Shown: positions 1-8,255 of the stretch, piece by piece
Layout of the letters: every line of letters starts with the position of its first letter
How positions within the stretch are numbered: the first letter of the stretch is position 1
Assembly (NCBI GenBank): GCA_964460615.1
Contig: CAYWPX010000004.1
Span: 83,116-147,115 of the forward strand
Direction: 5' to 3'
DNA from: an uncultured Planctomycetia bacterium
GTDB lineage: Bacteria > Omnitrophota > Gorgyraeia > CAYWPX01
DNA: 64,000 nt
Position numbers and translations under genes: made by a program
The notes under the pieces: model-generated
Told to the model about the DNA's origin: nothing
The model's input: the letters and a program-made list of their open reading frames with translations, nothing else
Database searches by the model: none

Positions 1-496
1 TCCTGTGGCAAGATTCGTACAAAATTATTGTCCGCTCTTCTTTTAGAAATTCTTTTAGCTGGTTCTGCCTTGATATCTTTTTATTGGATAAAAATCCTTC
101 AAATACAAATTTATTGGTAGGCATACCTGAAAGCACCAAAGCCATTATCGCGGCACTTGGGCCGGGGATAAATTCTACGTGGATTTTATTTTCTATAGCA
201 AGCCTTATGATGCTAAATCCAGGATCCGAAATTCCGGGGGTTCCTGCATCAGAAATAAGCGCGATATTCTTGCCTTCATTTAATAGTTTAATTAAATAAT
301 CGCTTTTAACTATCTGGTTATGGGCAAAGAAACTTGTGGTAGGTTTTTTTATACCGTAATGATTCAAAAGAATCGACGAGTGCCTCGTATCTTCACAGGC
401 TATCATATCAACCTCTTTTAAAACCCTTACCGCCCTGAAGGTAATATCTTCAAGATTGCCGATCGGAGTTGCGACTATGTAAAGAGTCCCTGACAT
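1..496 (-). CDS. rsmI: 16S rRNA 2'-O-methyltransferase RsmI (tetrapyrrole-methylase family), N-terminal ~165 aa; gene runs off left edge
   Basis: Minus-strand translation from ATG (494..496) gives MSGTLYIVATPIGNLEDITFRAVRVLKEVDMIACEDTRHSSILLNHYGIKK...ISDAGTPGISDPGF, typical RsmI N-terminus; absent from ORF track because no in-window stop. Confidence 0.8.
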   Translation of the reverse strand, partial: MSGTLYIVATPIGNLEDITFRAVRVLKEVDMIACEDTRHSSILLNHYGIKKPTTSFFAHNQIVKSDYLIKLLNEGKNIALISDAGTPGISDPGFSIIRLAIENKIHVEFIPGPSAAIMALVLSGMPTNKFVFEGFLSNKKISRQNQLKEFLKEERTIILYESCHR

Positions 497-603
497 AAAT
501 TCCTTTAACGTACTACGTACGGAGTACGGAGTACTGCGTTAACGAACCTTAAAATTTATCTATCTTATTTTTTTACGCCGTACGCAATACGCTATACGCC
601 GTA

Positions 604-2532
604 CTACTCAACAGTAACCGACTTCGCCAGATTCCTCGGCTGGTCGATCTCTTCGCCGAATTCTCTCGCAACATAATACGCCCAAAGCTGCAAAGGAAGT
701 GCAACAAGAAGCGGAGAAAAAAGCTCATGAATATTCGGGATCTCGATTTTATAATTTATACCGTATTTATCTATTTCCAGATCGTTTTTCGTTACTATGG
801 CCACTACGATACCGGACCTTGCTTTTATCTCCTGGATATTTGAAATAATCTTATCGTACACGCTTGATTTTGTGGCTATGCAGACTACCCAGGGATTCTC
901 GTCTATCAAAGCGATCGGCCCGTGCTTCATTTCTCCGGCAGGATACCCTTCAGCGCTGATGTACGAAATTTCTTTTAATTTAAGAGCCCCCTCAAGGGCA
1001 TTCGGATAATTCACGTTTCTCCCTAAAAATAAAAAGAAACAGTTTGGTTCTCTTCGCGAATGAGATCTATCTTTAAGTTCTGAGCGCTGTAAAAGTTCGT
1101 GGTATTTTTTGTTGAACGAGGAGGCATATCTGGCTAATTCGTTATTATGTTTTCGGTGATCATTTAGAATTTCTTTCATAAGCTTTGGAACTTTTTTGAA
1201 TTCTTTTAAAAGAGATTCTGTTTTATTTTTATTTAAGGTTTTTCTTAAATTTGCCATATATATCGCAAACAAATAAAGTATGGCTAACTGCGCTGTGTAT
1301 GCCTTTGTCGATGCAACTGCTATCTCAGGCCCGGCGTGAGTGTATATGACTCCGTCGGATTCTCTGGCTATGGAACTTCCTAATACATTGCATATTGAAA
1401 GTACTGTTCCGCCTTTAGACTTTGCTTCACGAAGCGCAGCCAATGTATCCGCCGTCTCACCGGACTGGGATATGGGGATAACTAAAGAGTCTTTGGTTAT
1501 GATGGGGTCCCTGTACCTGAACTCACTTGAAGTGTCTACCCACACAGGAATTCTTGTAAGTTCTTCGATGATATATTTTCCTGTAAGGCCTGCATGATAC
1601 GCAGTGCCGCAGGCAACTATTATTATATTTTTGATCGACCTTAATTTATTATCGCTGAGTGAAAGGCCTTCAAAAGAAACTTTCCCACCTAAGACCCTTT
1701 CATTGTAAATGTTTGTGATAATCTCAGGCTGCTCAAAAATTTCCTTAAGCATAAAATGGTCATATCCGCCTTTTTCAGCCTGTGATATATCCCAATTTAT
1801 CATAACAGGTTTTTTTGAAATTAATTTGCCGTTAAAATCCGTGATTTTCACTCTCTCTTTTGTAAGATCTATGAGCTCATGATTATCCAGGTATATTATA
1901 TTTTTGGTGTGCGCGAGTATTGCGGGTATGTCGCTTGCCAAAAAATTTTCATTTTTTCCAAGCCCGATAATCAACGGGCTGTCGCACCTGGCCGCAACGA
2001 TCCTGCCCGGTTCATCCTTATGGATAACAGCTATAGCAAAAGAACCCTTTACCAACTTTATGGACTTCTTTACTGCCTCAAAAAGATCCCCGTCATAAAA
2101 TTTTTCCACAAGGTGCGAAACAACTTCCGTGTCTGTTTCGGATCTGAACCTATGCCCTTCTTTTTGCAATTGCTCTTTGAGCAATTTGTAATTTTCTATT
2201 ATGCCGTTATGCACTACGGCGATCTTTTCTTTGCAGTCAAAGTGCGGGTGAGCATTCACTTCATTGGGTACTCCGTGTGTTGCCCACCTGGTGTGCCCGA
2301 TCCCCGCTGAATAATCTCGGGTCCTGGACTCAGGCATCATTTCAGGATTATCTATTTTTAGGGCCTCCTCAAGCTTGGAAAGCTTGCCCTTCATCCTCTT
2401 AAGAAAAACTTTTTCTTTCGTTAAAACAGCTACTCCTGCCGAATCATATCCGCGGTATTCAAGCCTGTGAAGCCCGCTTATAAGTATCGGTATGGGATTC
2501 TTGTCCCCGACATAACCTACAATTCCGCACAT
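604..2532 (-). CDS. glmS: glutamine--fructose-6-phosphate aminotransferase (isomerising)
   Basis: MCGIVGYVG N-terminal Ntn-amidotransferase start, two SIS domains, C-terminal ...EFGEEIDQPRNLAKSVTVE; 642 aa. Confidence 0.95.
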   Translation of the reverse strand: MCGIVGYVGDKNPIPILISGLHRLEYRGYDSAGVAVLTKEKVFLKRMKGKLSKLEEALKIDNPEMMPESRTRDYSAGIGHTRWATHGVPNEVNAHPHFDCKEKIAVVHNGIIENYKLLKEQLQKEGHRFRSETDTEVVSHLVEKFYDGDLFEAVKKSIKLVKGSFAIAVIHKDEPGRIVAARCDSPLIIGLGKNENFLASDIPAILAHTKNIIYLDNHELIDLTKERVKITDFNGKLISKKPVMINWDISQAEKGGYDHFMLKEIFEQPEIITNIYNERVLGGKVSFEGLSLSDNKLRSIKNIIIVACGTAYHAGLTGKYIIEELTRIPVWVDTSSEFRYRDPIITKDSLVIPISQSGETADTLAALREAKSKGGTVLSICNVLGSSIARESDGVIYTHAGPEIAVASTKAYTAQLAILYLFAIYMANLRKTLNKNKTESLLKEFKKVPKLMKEILNDHRKHNNELARYASSFNKKYHELLQRSELKDRSHSRREPNCFFLFLGRNVNYPNALEGALKLKEISYISAEGYPAGEMKHGPIALIDENPWVVCIATKSSVYDKIISNIQEIKARSGIVVAIVTKNDLEIDKYGINYKIEIPNIHELFSPLLVALPLQLWAYYVAREFGEEIDQPRNLAKSVTVE

Positions 2533-2623
2533 AATTACCTCGTATTTCGTATATCGTACCTGCCTGCCGGCAGGCAGGCATAGTACATCGTATATCGTAA
2601 AAAATATTTTTTTATTTCCCTGT

Positions 2624-3757
2624 TTACGACGTACGATGTACGAAAGTCGATGTACTATTTTTATTATAAACTATCTTCCCCTCAACCATCGTCAAATTAA
2701 TATTAAAATTTTTGTCAAAAATCACAATATCAGCGTCTTTCCCCTCTTGAATACTTCCCTTTCTTTTATCGATCCCTAAAAGCCTTGCCGGATTTATAGT
2801 AACAAATTTTATTGCGTCGGCCAACCCTAAAGAAGTGAATTTTATGCAATTTCTTAATGCTATATTAAGCTTCAGGTCACTCCCAGCTATAGCTCCGTCT
2901 CTTGTCTTAAAAATTCTTCCGTGCCTGACAATACTATTTTTCTTTAAATCTGTATTACTTATTGAATCGCTTATTAAAATTATTTTTTCTAACTCCTTAA
3001 CTCTGAGAACTAATTTAAAGATTTCCGGGCTGATATGAATACCATCCAATATCACTTCGGTATAAATATTTCTATTCATAAGGCTTGCTAAAACACATCC
3101 AGGAACGCGCCCGCTTATACCTGACATTGCATTAAATAAATGTGTAGCCAGCCTGGCGCCGCAGCTAAAACCTTTTTGGGCAGCTTCAAAACTAGCATCC
3201 GTATGCCCCAAAGATGCGATTACCCCTTTTCTGGTCGCTTCTTTTATCAGCTTTTGATTACCGCCTAACTCAGGAGCAAATACCATTACCCTGATCAGGC
3301 TGCCATAACGTCTCAAGACCTTATCAAAAGTTTTCTTATCAGGCCTTTTAATGAATTTCGGGTCCTGAGAGCCTTTTTTAATTCTGCTTATAAATGGGCC
3401 TTCCAGATAATATCCTAAAAACTTTGAATCAAAACCCGAAAAAATTCCCGCTGTACCTATCTCATCAATTTTGCTTATTTCATCAGTAGATAGCGCCCTC
3501 AAAAATGACGTAACACCGGAACTGGGATTAGTTTTTGCTATTGAACTTGTTTCACCATGAATATGTATATCTATAAACCCGGCGGAAACATAGTTATCAT
3601 TAGCGTCAATAATTAAAGTATTTTCTGGAAAGGATCTTTTGCCGGACTTTGGAAAAACACCTATTATTGTTTTGCCTTTTACTAATATATTACTATTGGA
3701 CCCGCCCGACGGCAATATTACGCGGCCGTTGGTTATCAATATATATTTTTCGTCCAT
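2624..3757 (-). CDS. nagA: N-acetylglucosamine-6-phosphate deacetylase (amidohydrolase superfamily)
   Basis: IDIHIHGE metal-binding motif, ...EGKDADIVIFDKNF C-terminal signature; last ~12 codons read through the upstream hairpin cassette before first stop. Confidence 0.8.
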   Translation of the reverse strand: MDEKYILITNGRVILPSGGSNSNILVKGKTIIGVFPKSGKRSFPENTLIIDANDNYVSAGFIDIHIHGETSSIAKTNPSSGVTSFLRALSTDEISKIDEIGTAGIFSGFDSKFLGYYLEGPFISRIKKGSQDPKFIKRPDKKTFDKVLRRYGSLIRVMVFAPELGGNQKLIKEATRKGVIASLGHTDASFEAAQKGFSCGARLATHLFNAMSGISGRVPGCVLASLMNRNIYTEVILDGIHISPEIFKLVLRVKELEKIILISDSISNTDLKKNSIVRHGRIFKTRDGAIAGSDLKLNIALRNCIKFTSLGLADAIKFVTINPARLLGIDKRKGSIQEGKDADIVIFDKNFNINLTMVEGKIVYNKNSTSTFVHRTS

Positions 3758-4038
3758 TACTTAGATTTTTTTGATTTTTTACCGTTAGCCGCAAAATAAT
3801 TATACAATAGAGCTATAAGCCACCCTGTAGCAAACCCCTCGGCAAAACCATAACAAAGGCCTATTATGGCCCCATCAGAAGTTATCAGATATCCCGGCAT
3901 AAGCGAGCCGACTGTCGAGAGAAGAAAGCTTTTTGCGATAATCTTGTCGGACCATATAGAGATCATTGTCATCAGATAAATTGTGATGCCATTGAGTATC
4001 CCAAGCGCAAAACCAAATGCCCTTTTATTAAGTTCCAT
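3757..4038 (-). CDS. small integral membrane protein (2-3 TM helices), function unknown
   Basis: 93 aa hydrophobic ORF; stop overlaps nagA start (TAATG); AAGGAGG RBS upstream. Confidence 0.5.
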   Translation of the reverse strand: MELNKRAFGFALGILNGITIYLMTMISIWSDKIIAKSFLLSTVGSLMPGYLITSDGAIIGLCYGFAEGFATGWLIALLYNYFAANGKKSKKSK

Positions 4039-4117
4039 TATTCCTCCTTTTAAGTGTACAGCGATCAGTGTACAGTGATCAGTTAAGCTTAATAGCTAAA
4101 CTTTTTTCCAAACCACC

Positions 4118-5050
4118 CTACGTTTTTTTCAAAAAACATTCAAACTGAAGATTTGTATGGCCTATGCGGAACCTATCTCTTAAAATATGGTTTATCTTAT
4201 GCTGAACCTCATTGGCCTTGCTTACCTGACAGTCCTCGATGATTATATTGGCCGTCATTGCATAAAGATTACTTGAAATAGTCCAGGCATGGACATGATT
4301 TACATCATAAATTCCCGGGATCTCGTTTTTTATCGTTGCGACGACAACATCTATATCAAGATGCTTAGGTGTAGCCTCAAGAAGAATATTCACCGAATCG
4401 CTTACCAGCTTCCACGACCATATTACTATCAATATGCTTATCAAAAATGCAAGTATAGGGTCGAAAATGTAATTATTGGTATAGTAGATAACAAGTGCGG
4501 CTACAACAACCGCGATACTTGATATCATATCCCCGATCTCATGCAAAAATGCGCTTTTAATATTTATATCATGCGCGCTTACGCTTGCCAAAAGATATGT
4601 ACTCACGCCATTGATTACTAACCCAATACCAGCTACAAACAACATCTCTACTATCCTGATCGGCTGAGGGGAGATAAACCTTTGTATTGCTTCGTATACA
4701 ATGTACCCCGAAATAAATATCAGGACTATGCCGTTACAAAATGCCGCTATGACCTCCGCTCTGTAAAAACCATAGGTTTTTTTCTTGGTAGCGGGCCTAA
4801 GTGAAAGGAGTATCGCAAAGAAACTTGTTCCCAAAGCAAATAAATGCGTAAGCATATGCCAGGCGTCAGATACAAGCGCCAAGCTGTTCGATAAAATCCC
4901 CCCGACAAATTCGATCAACATTCCAAGTGCTGTAATTAATAAGGCTATCTTAAGGCGTGAAATCTTTTCGGAACTCTTATGTATCTGATGATGATGAAAA
5001 TGCCCGCTGTGTTCTGAGTGTTCACCATGATGGTGGTCTATTATGGACAT
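4118..5050 (-). CDS. cation diffusion facilitator family metal efflux transporter with His-rich N-terminus
   Basis: MSIIDHHHGEHSEHSGHFHHHQIH tail, six TM helices, HxxxD motifs, C-terminal cytoplasmic domain; CzcD/ZitB-like. Confidence 0.85.
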   Translation of the reverse strand: MSIIDHHHGEHSEHSGHFHHHQIHKSSEKISRLKIALLITALGMLIEFVGGILSNSLALVSDAWHMLTHLFALGTSFFAILLSLRPATKKKTYGFYRAEVIAAFCNGIVLIFISGYIVYEAIQRFISPQPIRIVEMLFVAGIGLVINGVSTYLLASVSAHDINIKSAFLHEIGDMISSIAVVVAALVIYYTNNYIFDPILAFLISILIVIWSWKLVSDSVNILLEATPKHLDIDVVVATIKNEIPGIYDVNHVHAWTISSNLYAMTANIIIEDCQVSKANEVQHKINHILRDRFRIGHTNLQFECFLKKT

Positions 5051-5321
5051 AATAACCCCTTCCCTGGAATGTAATTATATCTTAATATATATACATATTA
5101 TCAAAAAAGTCAGCTTTAGGAAAGGTTTTTTTGACTATACCCAAATTTTGTCTCGCATTGCCGCAGCGAGACAAAATTTGTTCCGAGGAGATAAGGGGAC
5201 GGTTCTCTCCAAAAACTCTCGTCGGATAATTTTAGAGAGAACCGTCCCCTGTTTAGATTAATGGGCAAGCCTTAATATTGATATAAGTTTGGTCTGAGAC
5301 ATCGCAGTAGGGAGCTTAAAT

Positions 5322-5831
5322 CTATTTTTTAAGAAACTTGATTACTTCTTTCATGAAAAGAGGAAGATCATCGGGCTTTCTTGAGGTAATGAGGTTTTTG
5401 TCTACCACTACTTCCTTATCTAGATATGCTGCGCCTGCGTTAGTTATATCGTCTTTAATGGCAAAAAAAGAAGTTGCGGTTTTATTTTTTAGAATATTTG
5501 CCGAAGCAAGAACCCATCCTCCGTGACAAATAGAGGCAACCAGTTTATTCTGAGTAAAAATCTCTTTTACAAAATCATTGATCTTCTGGTGGCGTCTTAG
5601 TATATCCGGCGCATACCCCCCCGGGACCACTACGCCCTCAAAATCATCTGCTTTTATCTTATTTATATCCAGGTCAACTTTTACCGGATATCCTTCTTTA
5701 CTGGAATAGGTGTCTTTGGTGCCGGTCCCGATCAATTTGGCGTCGAACCCCTCTTCTATAAGCCGGTAATACGGGTACCAGACCTCCAAAACCTGATACT
5801 GGTCCTCAACTAATATCGCGATTTTTTTCAT
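5322..5831 (-). CDS. DJ-1/PfpI family protein (class I glutamine amidotransferase-like)
   Basis: 169 aa, conserved nucleophile elbow SICHGGWVL. Confidence 0.85.
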   Translation of the reverse strand: MKKIAILVEDQYQVLEVWYPYYRLIEEGFDAKLIGTGTKDTYSSKEGYPVKVDLDINKIKADDFEGVVVPGGYAPDILRRHQKINDFVKEIFTQNKLVASICHGGWVLASANILKNKTATSFFAIKDDITNAGAAYLDKEVVVDKNLITSRKPDDLPLFMKEVIKFLKK

Positions 5832-5879
5832 ATTATACCCCTGATTTATTTATTTCATTTTCGTAGTAATGTTTTTCTT

Positions 5880-5915
5880 TTGCTATGAGCTATGAGCTAT
5901 GAGCTATGAGCTAAT
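5880..5915. repeat. TATGAGC heptamer tandem array (4.5 copies) in tpx-DJ-1 spacer
   Basis: ctatgagctatgagctatgagctatgagcta; same heptamer arrays (direct and inverted) at 19296-19390, 27820-27880, 30653-30700, 43577-43670, 51274-51399, 60705-60750, 62233-62302, often flanking a GC-rich hairpin. Confidence 0.75.
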
Positions 5916-6432
5916 CCTTCTTCAGGACCTCTTCCAGATTCTTTAATGCATCATTATAATCCGGCGCACTCGACAATTCGGGAACAATTTGGATATATCT
6001 AATGATATTATTCTTGTCTACTAAAAGAATCGATCTAGCCAAAAGCTGAAGCTCCTTAATAAGCAGGCCATAATTCATGCCGAATGAGTTATATTTATAA
6101 TCCGACAAAACCGCTATGTTTTTTATATCGTTCTCTTCACAGAACCTCTTTTGGGCGAACGGGAGGTCCTTGCTGATACCAACTACAACGACTTCATTAG
6201 ATAGGGATGTTGCCCTTTTATTAAATTCTTTTACCTGCAGGTCGCACACCGGGGTATCCAGCGACGGAAAACTCGTAAGGATCTTTATCCTGCCGGTAAA
6301 ATTTTTTAAAGTTACCTCTTTTAATTCCTGATCGCTTACCCTAAAATCACGCGCTCTTTTTCCGACCTTTATGCACTTACCTGATAAAGTAAGTGGATTC
6401 CCCTTAAAAGTAATATTTTTTTTCATAGCCAA
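5911..6432 (-). CDS. tpx: thiol peroxidase (atypical 2-Cys peroxiredoxin)
   Basis: FPSLDTPVCDLQ peroxidatic Cys motif plus resolving Cys; 173 aa. Confidence 0.85.
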   Translation of the reverse strand: MAMKKNITFKGNPLTLSGKCIKVGKRARDFRVSDQELKEVTLKNFTGRIKILTSFPSLDTPVCDLQVKEFNKRATSLSNEVVVVGISKDLPFAQKRFCEENDIKNIAVLSDYKYNSFGMNYGLLIKELQLLARSILLVDKNNIIRYIQIVPELSSAPDYNDALKNLEEVLKKD

Positions 6433-6448
6433 CCTTTTTTAACGGATC

Positions 6449-6624
6449 TATCTTCTGTCATTATCGACTTTTCTTCTGTCAGGTTTTGTATTTCTCCTGT
6501 CCATTAAAGATCCTCTTCTCTCAACAAAACCTTCTCCACCGGCTTCCAAATAATCCCTGCCTCCGAAATAAGTCTTGAAAAGTTTTTCCTTTATTTCATC
6601 AAAATTTGATCCATTATTTCTCAT
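6449..6624 (-). CDS. possible small Arg/Asp-rich protein (58 aa), hypothetical
   Basis: Untracked ORF MRNNGSNFDEIKEKLFKTYFGGRDYLEAGGEGFVERRGSLMDRRNTKPDRRKVDNDRR in the tpx-sor spacer, GGTGGA RBS-like 9 nt upstream; below track length cutoff. Confidence 0.3.
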
Positions 6625-6628
6625 CAGA

Positions 6629-7024
6629 TTATTCCACCTTTATATATTTTGAACTCTGCCATAATCCATGAATATTGCAATAGCTTGACGCCATTATTGT
6701 CCCGCTCTTTTCAGTCTTAAAACCCGTTGCTACTTCCGGGTTGGTGTAAATAGTGCTCGTGTTCGGCGCCTGTGCCGCCTCTCCGTGAGCAGTAAACTCT
6801 ATACGGGATATCTCGTAAGGAAATTTGTCTCCGTCTGCCATAAAAAACACTGCGATCCACCTTATGTGATGTTCTGTAGTATTGGGATGGGGAATTTCTT
6901 TCCCGACCGTTACATTTATTCTTAATATCTCGCCTTTTTTTATGCTGTCGGAAGATTCTATAACAGGAACATGTTTTTCCTTTTTCCAATCAGCAGTTTG
7001 AAACAAATCTTTTAATTCAGCCAT
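6629..7024 (-). CDS. superoxide reductase, 1Fe neelaredoxin type (no desulforedoxin domain)
   Basis: Fe ligand pattern KHVPV, EHHIRW, CNIHGLW; 131 aa; no N-terminal CxxC..CC. Confidence 0.8.
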   Translation of the reverse strand: MAELKDLFQTADWKKEKHVPVIESSDSIKKGEILRINVTVGKEIPHPNTTEHHIRWIAVFFMADGDKFPYEISRIEFTAHGEAAQAPNTSTIYTNPEVATGFKTEKSGTIMASSYCNIHGLWQSSKYIKVE

Positions 7025-7053
7025 ATGCCCTCCGATTTTTCTCAGGAAAAATC

Positions 7054-7086
7054 GTCCCGAGTCCGCCTATGGCGAGACGAGGGACT
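7054..7086. promoter_or_regulatory. conserved hairpin motif TCGCCATAGGCGGAYTCGGRACGA upstream of sor; second copy upstream of moxR (35859-35890)
   Basis: minus-strand GTCCCTCGTCTCGCCATAGGCGGACTCGGGACGA vs GTTCCATATTTCGCCATAGGCGGATTCGGAACGA. Confidence 0.5.
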
Positions 7087-7103
7087 ATTCCTTCTTCTTT
7101 TTG

Positions 7104-7187
7104 AAATTCGTGCCGTTCCCGTTATTAAAGGTTAGGTACGAATTTGGTTTTTGTAATTTGCACCGTTACCATTATTAAAGGTTAAAT
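7104..7187. promoter_or_regulatory. two 34-nt direct repeats 50 bp apart in sor promoter region
   Basis: aaattcgtgccgttcccgttattaaaggttaggta / taatttgcaccgttaccattattaaaggttaaata. Confidence 0.45.
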
Positions 7188-7425
7188 ATGATTAATAACA
7201 AATAACATGAATATTAGTTGACGACGAATTAATTCATTACTTTAAATATATTTAAACTAATTTTGTTAAATTTTTTATATATTTAATATAATTTATTATA
7301 ATTATATATAATTAAATATATTTATATAAATCTTACTATATTTAAATATATTCTAAGCATTCCCATATAATAGAGCCTTTTTAAATATAATTTAATTTAA
7401 TTTATTTACTTTAATTTACTTATAT

Positions 7426-7866
7426 TTACTCCTGAAGAAGGGTTAATTCTACCGCATGTTCCTCTTCGTCAAGAATAACATGCCTGATCTCATGCTCCAA
7501 TCTTTCAAAGCAATACTGAAGAGATTCTTTATTTTCAACAACTTTTTTGTAGATACCCTTGTAGAAATCAATGGCTTCTTTTTCAGCTTTTATGTTTATT
7601 TTTAATATATCAGGGATATTGTTAGCCTTATTTGTCTTAGCAAGATCCATCGAGCACTCACCATCTAAATAACTTGCAATAAGCTCTCTGAATTTCCCCT
7701 CATGCTTTTCCTCATCAGAAGCAATCTCTTTTAATCTGGCAATTATTGCCTCAGCATTAATGCCTTTTATTGTTTCGGCATGCGCAAGATACTGAATTCT
7801 TGCTGCATGTTCAAGCTCCAACGCCTTATTAAGCATTTCTACTAATTCTTTTTTTATATCAGCCAT
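7426..7866 (-). CDS. ferritin-like/rubrerythrin-family diiron protein (no rubredoxin domain)
   Basis: 146 aa four-helix bundle pattern with paired E..H motifs (ELEHAAR, EEKHEGK, EKEAIDFY, EHEIRH). Confidence 0.6.
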   Translation of the reverse strand: MADIKKELVEMLNKALELEHAARIQYLAHAETIKGINAEAIIARLKEIASDEEKHEGKFRELIASYLDGECSMDLAKTNKANNIPDILKINIKAEKEAIDFYKGIYKKVVENKESLQYCFERLEHEIRHVILDEEEHAVELTLLQE

Positions 7867-8003
7867 ATCTCCTCCGATTTTAAATTTGTTTCATGTCACA
7901 GGTCTCATGTCACAAGTTATATATTTTTCGTTTTAACCTGTGGCTTGCAGCCAAAGGAAGTCCCGAAGATTTATTGAGGGACGACTTGTGACTTGCAGCA
8001 TTT

Positions 8004-8195
8004 CTATTTTCTCTTCATCGTTTTGCCACAACAGATTATATCGCACGTGTCAACACATCCGCATATCTCATCGACTTTTACTACCATGCCGCATTTATAG
8101 CATTTAAGCTTGCTTCCCTTTTTAAGGGTTTTTTTGGATGTCTTCTTTATGGATTTTTTTACTGTCTTCTTTGCTCTTTTTTTTACTTTCTTCAT
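8004..8195 (-). CDS. small Lys-rich/Cys-rich metal-binding protein with YHS/TRASH-like CGM motif
   Basis: 63 aa: K-rich N-terminal 28 aa then CYKCGMVVKVDEICGCVDTCDIICCG; GGAGAAG RBS 8 nt upstream; directly downstream of the flavodiiron gene. Confidence 0.45.
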   Translation of the reverse strand: MKKVKKRAKKTVKKSIKKTSKKTLKKGSKLKCYKCGMVVKVDEICGCVDTCDIICCGKTMKRK

Positions 8196-8255
8196 TGTAA
8201 TCTTCTCCTGGTTTTAAAGCTTGAAGCCTGAAGCATGCGACCCCTGCGGGGCATT

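Noticed and set aside
1879-2310. 143-aa plus-strand ORF
   Set aside because: Lies wholly inside glmS on the opposite strand; no motif; antisense artefact.
2533-2623. Possible glmS ribozyme in the glmS leader
   Set aside because: Leader consists of the GTACG-family cassette plus a CCTGCCTGCCGGCAGGCAGG stem; none of the conserved glmS ribozyme core segments are present.
6717-6989. 90-aa minus-strand ORF overlapping the superoxide reductase gene
   Set aside because: Out-of-frame overlap with a gene that has a clear conserved motif set; Arg-rich junk translation.
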